Shown one piece after another: positions 1 to 12,000 of a DNA stretch of 64,000 bases. The first letter of the stretch is position 1. Every line of letters begins with the position of its first letter. Origin of the DNA: an uncultured Clostridia bacterium (GTDB taxonomy: Bacteria > Bacillota > Clostridia > Oscillospirales > Ruminococcaceae); NCBI GenBank assembly GCA_947627905.1, contig CANQXX010000005.1, positions 6,925 to 70,924 of the forward strand. The letters are read 5' to 3'. Both the position numbers and the translations under genes were made by a program. The notes under the pieces were generated by a model, which had not been told where the DNA came from, searched no databases, and worked only from the letters and a program-made list of their open reading frames with translations.

Positions 1-1
1 T

Positions 2-3000
2 AAAACCGACAAAACATATTTTAATTCTTCGCTTAACGTACAATCTACGGGTACAAATCCTAAAAATGACGGACTGTATGAGCTTGTAAAAAGCGACGTG
101 ACTAATATAAACGGCACATATATTTTCACAAACATAAAGTATGATAAAGAAAACGGAACAGAATTTATCTATCATGTAAAAAATCCTGATGAGGACACTT
201 ATGATTTAACATCAATGGGGGATAAGGCACCGAGCACAAGACCTAATTATGGCCATTATTATCTTTATTATCCGATACAGAATGTATACGGTAATGAAAT
301 ACAGCGTTTTACTGTTGGCGGAACAGGTGTAGATCTTGATACAGCAGTAAACGGTCAGGGATATGTCAAGGACACTATAACCGCTATAGATGTAGGGTAC
401 AATTATGTCTCCACGGGTTATGACATAAAGCTGCAGAAAGAATGGAAAACGGACGGCGCCGGCGATCCGGATGTCGTGTACTATGATCTGTCATATTCTA
501 CCGCGAAAAATTCCAACGGACAGCATTATAAAACATACAGTATTTCTGCGGCTGTCGGCTGGCTTAACGCTCAGAATATAAACAACCCTCCGGCTGAGAT
601 AGACGGAGAAGCAGTAACCGATTATTATGTAGCTGCGGAATATTATTTCAAGGGCGGCTACCTGTTCAAGCATGTGTTTGAATATGAAAACGGCAAATAC
701 GGCGAACTTTCCGGCAAAACATATTATTATAATGATAAGCCCGGCGTGATCGCGGATATCCGTGATCTTGGTGACATAAACCACGACGAAATTGTAGACG
801 CAGAGGATCTCAGCGCAATAGGTGACGCTCAATGGGCGGAGTATGTCTTTGGCACAACGAAACTGGGCAGCGGCGACGGTGTAAAGCCTTACCATGCTGC
901 CGTTGATAAAAACTTTGTTGAGGGCAAAACCGATGTTACGATAAAGGTAGTAAATTCCTCTGAGGAAAAGCCGGCAAGTATTGAAGTATACAAATATTAT
1001 GACAATCTTTATAAGGAAGGAACAGAGGATATAATAGATGATTCCAACGCTCTCCGCGGCGCTACTTTCCGACTTTACAAGAATACGGAAGAAGAGGTAA
1101 AAGCCGGTCTTGCTCCCGACGCAACAGCCGATGCTAAAAAGAAACTTGAGGAAGTTGAAACGGAAACTACCCGTATAAACGGACGGTATATTTTTACGGG
1201 TCTTGATCCGAAAGAAACATACACTCTCCGTGAGCTGTTCTCTCCTGTAGGTTATCGTATAACCAACGAATACACGGAGATAACTTCGGGTATGTTTGAA
1301 AAAAACAACAATAAGGTAACGGTGTATGTTCCGAATACTCGTGTTGAGGAAGGATTTTACATTCGTAAAAGGTTAAGCGGAAGAATCTGGGAGCCAAGTG
1401 ACACATTTTCTTTCACTATGACAATGAATGAAGGCGAGAGCGGTTACCAACAGGGTACAGGCAACACTGATGTCAATGATATCTTTGAAAATAGTACTGA
1501 CAATCTTAATAATGCGGTAAACACGTTCAGAACAGATTTTAACAGCACATATAAAACAGTTACTATAAACAACGATACGCCTTTCTATACATATGATGAT
1601 GAAACGGGCAATCATATCAGCGCCGACACAAAGGCTGCTTCGCTGCTTGTAAGTGACACCGCGAGCAAAGGAAGTGATGTTGCTGCAACTCTGAACGGCT
1701 TGCCATTTCCTGCTGCCGGTGAATATACATTCACCATAAAGGAAGAAAATTGCACTGATAAAAATATTACGGGATCTGCCGCTGAATATCAGGTAACATT
1801 TTCGGTTACCCGTAAATATAATTCCGATGTTGAGGAGGGTACTACTCCTGCTATAACCGAGAAAAATACACACCTTGCAGCCGAGGTTTCAAGAATACTG
1901 GTGAAATATTCTCCTGGAGGAGCATTTGAGGATTATGCGTCAACAATGCCTATGTTCACAAACCGGTATACGGCTTCTGCTGAACAGAGCGCAAGCTATG
2001 TGATATCTAAAAATCTCGAAGGCCGTGAATGGCTTGAAGATGATGCGTTTACATTTAAGATAAGCACTACCGATGATACTACAATTGCTGCTTTAACAAA
2101 TGGTAATTTTATTGTACAGTCAAAACGTGGCAGTGAAACTTTGGAGACTATTCTCGGAAAAGATAAAGACGACCCCGGAGAAGCAAAAACGGAATATACG
2201 GGTACAATAAGTGCAGCAGACGGCAAAATAACCATTGACGAGCTGAACTATGAGAATGTTTCTTTCCCTGTAGTTTACGTTAATGGCGATGGTGTAGAAT
2301 GGACGGGTGAGGAAGATCCTTCTGCTAAACAAATACAAGACGGTGGTTGGAAACGCGTTACAAAGCCGGTAACTTATGTTCTTGATATTGAGGAGATAAT
2401 TCCTGCGGAGACAAATGGAATAAAGTATTCAAGCGAAAAATATCAGTTGAAAATAACCCTTAAAAATGCTTTGAATGATGAAGGCGAGATAGACGGTGAA
2501 ATTGACGATATAGAGCTTGAGCTTTACTATATTCCGGAAACAGGTAAAGCATCGCGCTTGATAGGGCGGTGTACTATTATTAATGGTAAACAGGAGCACA
2601 ATAATAAGGCTCATGCTATACTTTTCACAAATATATATGAAGCTGAACTTTATTGGAGCCCCTCTATCAATAAATATATATCGGGCAGAGAATGGGACGA
2701 ATTTGATGAATTTGCATTTTCAATTGCATGTACAAGTGCCAATAAAGCCGATGTAAATGTGGTGCAAGGTGCACGGACAGTTACTATCAAAAATAGTTCC
2801 ACCGGTGGAAGTGACTACAGGACAGGTAAATTTGGTTGGGCTGAATTTACCAAGCCCGGTAAATATACCTTTGATATCACAGAAACAAATAATATTGAAG
2901 AACGCGGATTTGTTAAAAAAGTCATAACGACTATCTATGTTGAGATAAAGGATGATAATAAAGGCAAGCTGACGTTCATTGAATATCCTGACGGATTTGA

Positions 3001-6000
3001 TAACCCTGATACAAAGAAGGAGGTAGATATAGAAGAGTCTTCCGAAGGTCAAAGGTATTTATCAACATCATACAATATTACAAACCAATATAAAGACGAC
3101 CCTGATACTACATATTCCTTTGACATCAGCAAGAAACTCGACGGCAGAAACTGGGCGTCGTCGGATATCTTTACCTTTGAACTTACTCCCAATGATGAAG
3201 CAACAAAGAATGCTGTTGATAGCGAGTATATCAAGCTGCCGGCTGATTGGACAAAAAGCGGTGATAAATATACAGTTACTGTAAATTCGGCAGACCCAAA
3301 AAATGTCAGCATTGCTTTCCCGAAGTTTGACGACAGCAGCAACAATGATCCTAAAAATTATACATTTACCCTTTCGGAACAGTCCGGATCCGGAAATATG
3401 GATTATTCCAAAGAGAAATATACGCTGACCTTTACCGTAAAACGTAACAGACACCAAGAGTCTGTAGATGACGGAACAAAAGAAACTTATCTTACCGGTA
3501 AGATTGATGTTGATCTGTCCGTAACTAAATCAGGCGCGGAAGAGGTCTATAATTCAACAGATACTTCTGGAACGTTTTCTGCTACGTTCACCAACTCTGC
3601 TTATGCAACAGATGAATTTAAAGTAAGCAAGAGCTTTTTCGGCACATGGCCGACCAGCAAATCATTTGAAGCAGTAATTAAGCGTACCGATACAAACGGC
3701 GGAAAGGTGACCATTGACGGAACAGAAATTGCTGCCAGCAAATCAACAACAATAGAATTTACAGAGGACGATAAAGTTAAAACTCCCGAAATAAAATTCT
3801 ATGAGGAAGGTACTTATACATTTGAAGTTAAAGAAACAGCACCGGCACCATTGGCAAAGGAGCCTATTGATTATGACAGCAGCACTTATACTGTTACTGC
3901 AAAAGTAACGGATAATGGATCAGGAAGTCTGAATGTAGAATACGAGATCGACGGAAAAACCGGCAATGAAGTAAAAATTGAAAACGCAGCTGTAGGAAGT
4001 CTTTCCGTTACAAAGGCAGTGGAATGCAATAAACCCGGCGTTGATGTTCCGACGGATAAGGAGTTTAAGGATAAGGAATTTACTATTAATGTTGCGCTGA
4101 CACTGCCTGAAGGTCTGCCTGAAAGGTATCTGAATAGTTCTGCATACTCGGTTACCAGTATTGACGGTATAGAAGGATCTTCTATCGGAGACGTTAATAA
4201 AAGCAGCCGTACATTTACAGTAACCCTCACGCTGAAAGCCGGTCAGACAGCAACGATAAATCATCTTCCCACAGGTACAGCGTATAGCATTACGGAAGAA
4301 GGACCTGTATTCAGCTTTACACCAAAAGATCAGACGATCACGGGAGATGTAGTTGTCAATGAAACTACCAGTGAATACAAGGAAACTGTTACCAATATCT
4401 ACAATGTCAATGATATAACAATTTCCAAGAAAGTCCAAAAAGAGGACAAATCTGACATTTCCGGCGAAGATGATACCGAGTTCAGTTTCAATATCACATT
4501 GAAAAACGGCGAAGCTCCTCTTGACGATTATATCTATACCAGTAATGAGGATGTTACATGGAATGAACCGCATGACGGAACAGGTACATTTACAATTACA
4601 CCGAAAAAATCTATAACGCTGAAAAATATCCCATACGGCGCAACATATTCAATAGAGGAGACCGGTGATTATGCCGGATATGTAAAGGAAACAGTACCGG
4701 TTTCAGGAACGGTCGGCGGAAGTGCTCTGGATGTAAAGTTTGTAAACACCAAGCTTGCCACACATGATCTCACTATTGAAAAGACTGTTGACAGCACAAT
4801 GGCAGCGGATCTTGAGCAGAATTTCAAATTTGATGTAACTCTTACTGCGCCGGACGGAACGATATTTGATGATGTTGATGAATACACAGCTGTTTCCGGT
4901 CTGACAAGAAGCGCTGACGGCAAAACTATAAGCGGAATTATTACCCTTGGTAATAAAGGAACCGCAACAATAGCGGGACTTCCCAATGGAACGGTATATA
5001 CAGTCGAGGAACAGGATACTTATGACGAGAAACTTGTATCTTCCGTTTCAAGCGACTATGACGAAGCCGAAGGAAAATTGGACGATAACAAGACCGTTAA
5101 ATTTGTCAATACACGCCAAAAAGGCAGTCTGACTATTTCCAAGACGGTCGAATCAGCCGATAGCGGCTTTGACAAGGACAGCTACAGTTTTGAGTTTAAG
5201 GTAAAAGTTGAGGGTATTGACACTGACCGCGAATATCCTATAGAAAACTATTCTACCAATAAAGTTACATTTGACAAAGAAAAAGAAACAACATTATACC
5301 TCAAAGACAAAGACATTGTAACTATAGGGGAATTGCCGGACGGCGCGGCATATACAGTGACCGAAGAAGGCAACGCAAATTACTTCACGCTTGTTAACGG
5401 AGAACTTATTGACAGTGAGTCCCCAAAAGCGGCAGCGGGAAATATAGTTCCGGGAACACCGTCAGAGGTTGATTTTGTCAATATTTACGACAAACAGCCC
5501 ACAAAGGAACTTGACCCGGATATTTCCAGCGTTCAGGTCGGAGATGAAATTAACTATTCTATAAAATGGTATAACAACAGCAAAGATACAGCAAACGTTA
5601 CTATCACCGACACTCTGCCGGCTCAGCTTGATTATGATAAAGCAGAAGTGATCGGAGCCGGATCTTCAGGTTATGATATCCAAGTTAAAGGCAACGAAAT
5701 AACATTGACGCTGAAAGGCTGTGCCGGTCTTTCCAGCGGTACGGTAAAGGTATTTGCAAAGGTCAACGAAAAAGCTGCGAAATCCGGCTTTACAAATACT
5801 GCAGCGGTAGAAGTCGGCAAAAATGAATATACGGTAAGCTCCAAAACTATTGGCGCGGCTGAAATTGGCAATATCAAGATATCCAAGAAGGCCGCAGGCT
5901 CTCTTGCCGACAAGAACCAATATTTCACCTTTAAGATAACGGAAGCAGTAGATAATAGCGGCACTCCGCTGACCGGCACATACAATTATACGGGCGGCAA

Positions 6001-9000
6001 AGAGGGAACGGGAACGTTTGATTTCTCCACTACAGACTCTCTTACGTTTGAGCTTAAAGACGGCGATAGTATTATCATTAATGCTTTGCCGGCAGGAGCA
6101 AAGATAACCGTTGAAGAAAAAAAAGAAGAAGGGACTGCGGCTGCGGATTATGTTACTTCCGTAAAAGAGATCCCCGATAAAGTAACCGCAGTTTCCGACA
6201 ATATTGCCAAACTGACGGTTGTCAAGAGTACAGATACCGAAGCTGCTTTCACCAACAGGAAAGACGGACTAAATACAAAGAGCATTGATAAGACTAAGCT
6301 GACAGGCGATCATGTAAGTGTAGGCGATACTATACCCTATGTTATCACATGGAACAACAACAGTGAATATAAAGCAGACGTTACTATCACCGATACACTG
6401 GCTGATGGTCTTGAAATTGTCAGCCATGAAGAACCGGAAGGTGAAACAGATAAAGAAGTGACATATGAATATATTCCCGAAACAAACACGGCTAAATGGA
6501 CATTGAAAGGCAGGGAAGCAGGCGAAAAGGGAGAAGTGCGTCTTACCGTTAAGGTAAACGAAGCCGCGGTAAAATGGGACGGAAAAAATACTGCTTCAAT
6601 AACCGTAAATTCAAATGAAGATAAAGTTTCGACGGAAGATGAAGATATTGTATATGTCAAAAAAGGCAATATAAGTCTGACAAAGAGCGTGACCGGTACG
6701 GAAAAAGCTTCCGAACTTGGCAGGTATTTTGCATTTACTATCGATGCAAATACAGCCTACAATGCAGCTACAGGCAGCGTACCTCTTAGCGGAAGCTATG
6801 ACTTTACGGGAACAATGGGTAAAAAACTCGGCAGCGACGATACCATTACCGAAGTTACGGACGGAAAAATAGAGTTTAAATCGGGAAAGGCGGAGATATT
6901 CCTTAAAGCCGGACAGAGCATAGAGATCATTGGACTGCCCGCAAACGGTGACGATAAACATAAAGACTTTACGATCACAGAAGCGGAAGTACCGGGATAT
7001 ACTGTATCTATAACTCCGGAGCCTGACGTCACAGCAGACAGCAGGACATACAGCGGAAAAGTGCCTGTTGGCAATACTGCGAATATAGTTTATGAAAACC
7101 ATAAGCTGGAAGAACATGATCTTACCATACTTAAGGTAGTGGCCGGAAAGAACGGAAACAAATTGCGCTCATGGAACTTTAAGGTTGAACTGACCGCCCC
7201 GGAGGGAACTGTATTTGCTAAGACATACACTGATACATACAAAGTTACCAAAGGTAATTTTGAATGGACCGGTCTGTCCGATGACGAAACAAAGCTGACA
7301 GGCAGCTTCAGTCTTGTGAGCGGCGAGAGTTTGATCATAAATGGACTGCCGGAAGGTACGGTATATGATGTTATTGAGAATGGTCTTCCCAAAGACTATG
7401 AGGTAAGCGCTGAAATATCAGGAAAGAAAGCTACACTTGCGGAATCTGACGGTCTTGCTGTAAATACGGCAAAGCTTTCTGATAGCAAAACCCTTGATCT
7501 TACTCTTGATGATGACAAGAGTGTCATCATTACCAATGAAAGTCCTATTCCGGAAGCAGGCGAAGGCAGATACAGCCTTACAAAAAAGGTAACAGGCGTA
7601 GGCTTAAAGCCTGATGATATGGACACCGAGTGGCATTTTGATCTTCAATTTGGAAATATGGACGCAAAAGATTATGACTATACAAAACTTGATATTTCAG
7701 CCAGTGATCCTAAGATAATTGAAGAGGGCATAATATCTTTAGGCAGCGACGGAAAGATCACATCTATCAAAGTAAAAGATTCGTCAGGAACGTTCACTGT
7801 GCAGCCGGATAATAAGATTACCCTGAAAAACTCTCAGATCATAACCATTTACCGGCTGAAAGCAGGAGAAACCGTAACGGTTTCAGAAGTTGGAGACCTG
7901 AACGGTTATGAGACAACATTCACTCAGTATACTGCTCCTACCAGAGCGGCGTCTGCAGAAGAAGCGGCAAAGGATTATACTGTGACTGTTCCGAATAAGA
8001 GTGACGTTGTGGTAACCTGCACAAATAAACGTCTGCCCGGAAATCTTAATATAACGTCGGAGGTAGAAAACGAAGGCGGCGATACTATTGATGATAAAAC
8101 AGAATTTGAATTTGACATTACTCTTACAACTGAGAAACCGTTAGATTCTGACGTATGCGCACAATTCAAGGATATTAAATGTGAAGAAGTAGACGGCAAA
8201 TATGTATATACCTGCACGGTGACCGGACGGGAATTTAATTTCAGCGGTCTGCCGGACGGCACAGAATATACCGTTGAAGAACATCTTGCTCCGGGCTATA
8301 AGTTCAAGAACGGAATAAACAGATATGAGGGTACTATAACAGCCGGCGAAACATCTTCAGCACCTTTCGTCAACATAAAGATCAGCGAAGCAACTCTTAT
8401 AGTGACTAAGTTGCTCGATAGCAGCATCACAACTGACAGCGACAAGGCCTTTACTATCCGGATATATCTTACAGCGCCCAAGGATACTATCCTTGCCGAT
8501 AAATATTCCTATACGGTAAGTCCTTCAGATGAATACTCAGACGTCCGTACTCTCACAAAGGTAAGCGGCGATAAATGGGAAGGCAATTTCAATCTCATAC
8601 CCGGTCAGACGGCGACGATAAGCGGTCTGCCGCAAGGCACATTCTTTGAGATAAGCGAACCTTCAGCAGACGGATTTGATCCGGATATCTCGCGGAATAA
8701 AGCTGTCCTTGATAAAAAAGAAAATGAGGTAACTATCACAAACAGGAGAAAGACAGCCGATCTGACGATATCCAAGAAGATATCTTCCGACAGCGAGCTG
8801 ACGGCAACGGATAGGGCGATCCCGTTTGAATTTGAAATAGGACTTGGCGCCGGAACTACAGGACTGGATATTAAAGATATCGACGGCACATATGGATATG
8901 ACGGAACATATTCAGGAACGGTAACGTTCAGCGACGGAAAGGTGACCGGATCTACAGGCGAGCATTCACCGTTCGGAAAAGACGGCAAGCTCACTCTGAA

Positions 9001-12000
9001 ACACGATGAGAGCATAGAAATTAAGGGTCTGCCGGTTGGAACATATTATACCGTTAATGAAGTATCGGCATACAGCGGATATACTCCGGAGACCGGTCCA
9101 TTCAATGGCTATATTTATGAGCTGCCGAAAAATAATCCTGCCGAATCGTCTGAAAATAATCTTGCCGCATTTGTAAATAACAAGAATGTCGGCACACTGG
9201 AAATATCCAAGAAGGTAGTTCATTCCGACGGAGGAGAGCTTAGCGGCGGCAGCACGGAAGACAATTTTGTATTTGATGTTTATATGTCTATCACTCTGCC
9301 GGACGACACTAAGCTGCCGCTCTCAGGAACGTTCGGAGACTATACGTTTGAAAACGGACACGCTGCAATAACTCTTAAAAATGGCGGAACAGCCGTTATC
9401 AGCGGAGTGCCTTTCGGAACTGATTATTTGATAGAAGAAGATCTGAGCGGCAAGGGAGGCATATACACTTCAACAGTTACGAGCGGCAATGATAGCGGTC
9501 AGATCAACAATGATACAACACCGGTAAAGGTTGAATATGTCAACAAAAAGAGCGTAGCAAGCCTGAAAGTCACAAAGACTGTAGAAAATGCCGATACAAA
9601 CATCAGTACGATAGACAGCAACAAGGACTTCAGCTTTACTCTTACGCTGACAAACAGCAATGTATCAGTTGCAGGAACGTATAAGACCGACAAGGGAGAA
9701 ATAATTATTGATAACGGCGGCGTCGGAACATTTACGCTGAAAGACGGCGAAAGCCTGACAATTTACGGTATCCCGACAGGAACATCGTACACCGTTCAGG
9801 AAGCTGCTGACGCTGATTATAACGTAAAGATCAACGGTATAAGCGACGAGGACGGCAGCAGTGAGGGAATGATATCTTCCGACAGCACTGTAGCATTTAC
9901 AAACGTCAAGAAATCGGCAGTGCTTACGGTTACCAAGGAGATAACCTCTGAAAATGAAATTACCGATGACGACAAGCGTATCCCGTTCAAGTTCACCATA
10001 GAACTTGAAGTGCCTGTAAATGACGGAACGGAATATAGAGGACTTGACGGAACGGTAAGAGCAGAGATCAAAAGAGTAAACGGAGGTCTTTCCGAGTCTG
10101 AAGATCTTGTATTTGACGGAGGTTCATGCAGCACCGAAATAACTCTTCACCATGGAGACAGTGTAAAACTTATTGATATTCCCATTGGAACAAAATACAC
10201 AGTCACTGAGACGACTAAAGATCCGGGATATACATATACACCGGACGAAGCAGACGGAAAGATAAGCGGCACGGTCGAAAAGGAAGAGAATCTGAAATTC
10301 ATAAACAAGAAAGTATCAGGTTCTCTGACCATATCCAAGACGGTGAATAATTCCGACGGATCGCCGCTCAGCAGCAGTACGGCGGAAGAAAAATTCGACT
10401 TTGGCGTTAAATTAACCGATGACGGAATAACGTTCAACACGGCAACGGTAAGCATAAACGGAGAAACGGCAACTCCGATCAAAGCAGGTACAGACGGAAA
10501 GTTCCATATACCGCTTGGAAACGAAGACCGCGCAGTATTTACGGATATTCCTGTCGGAACTCATTATGAGATAACCGAAGATCTGAGCGGCAAGGACGGA
10601 TATGCTTCTCCCGAAGTCAAAGACAACAATGCTAATTCAAGCATCAATGGCGGCAATGTAAGCGGAGATATCGACGGAACATCATCGCCGGTACAGGTAG
10701 AATACATCAATACAAAGAATGTAGGAAGCCTGACGATTACAAATACCGTTCAGGTATCCGACGGTTCTGCACTTAATGATACCGATAAGGAGCCGTTTGA
10801 ATTTAGTGTCTTACTTGGTTCAAAGGCAAGAGCCGCTGCCGGATATGAAAATGAATATCAGGCATATATAGGCGAAAAGGGAAGTTCAGCAGCGTCTGAT
10901 GTCAATGCTTCGGTATCGTTTAACGCTGACGGAACGTTAAAGAGCGTTACTTATTACAACGGAACTGAGGAAAGTTTCGTCAAACTCAGCCACAATATGG
11001 AAATAACCATTTACGGCATACCTCTGGATATGGGCTATCAGGTAACTGAGACGCAAAGACCCGGTTATACCATGTCTGCGGTCGGCGATAACGGAACTAT
11101 TTCCGCTGATAGTATAGCAAACTATATAAATATCAGATATGTAGGCAGCCTGACGGTAACAAAGACAATAGTAAATTCCGACGGCTCGGAAGTAACCGAG
11201 GACCAGAAGAATGAAAAGTTCGATTTTGAAGTAAGGTTCTACACAACTGACGCAAGCGGAATCGAGACGGAATATGACAAACAGACATTTGAACTTGGTC
11301 ACGACGGAACAATTACATTTGACAGTATCCCGGCGGGAATGAGTTACACGGTTTCCGAGACTGACAGCAAGGGTTACTCAAGTTCCGGAGATGTAAGCGG
11401 AATTATCAAAAAGGATACCGAAGATACCGTAGCATTTATAAATACTTTTGAAGTTCCTGAACTCGGAAGTCTGACGGTAACAAAGACAGTAGTAAATTCC
11501 GACGGATCGGAAGTAACCGATGACCAGAAGAATGAAAAGTTCGATTTTGAAGTAAGGTTCTACACAACTGACGCAAGCGGAATCGAGACGGAATATGACA
11601 AACAGACATTTGAACTTGGTCACGACGGAACAATTACATTTGACAGTATCCCGGCGGGAATGAGTTACACGGTTTCCGAGACTGACAGCAAGGGTTACTC
11701 AAGTTCCGGAGATGTAAGCGGAATTATCAAAAAGGATACCGAAGATACCGCAGCATTTACAAATACTTTTGAAGTTCCCGAACCCGGCAGCCTGACAGTA
11801 ACAAAGACAATATTAAATTCCGACGGCTCGGAAGTAACCGATGACCAGAAGAATGAAAAGTTCGGCTTTGAAGTAAGGTTCTACACAACTGACGCAAGCG
11901 GAGCCGAGACGGAATATGACAAACAGACCTTTGAACTCAGTCACGGCGGAACAATTACATTTGACAGTATCCCGGCGGGAATGAGTTACACGGTTACCGA

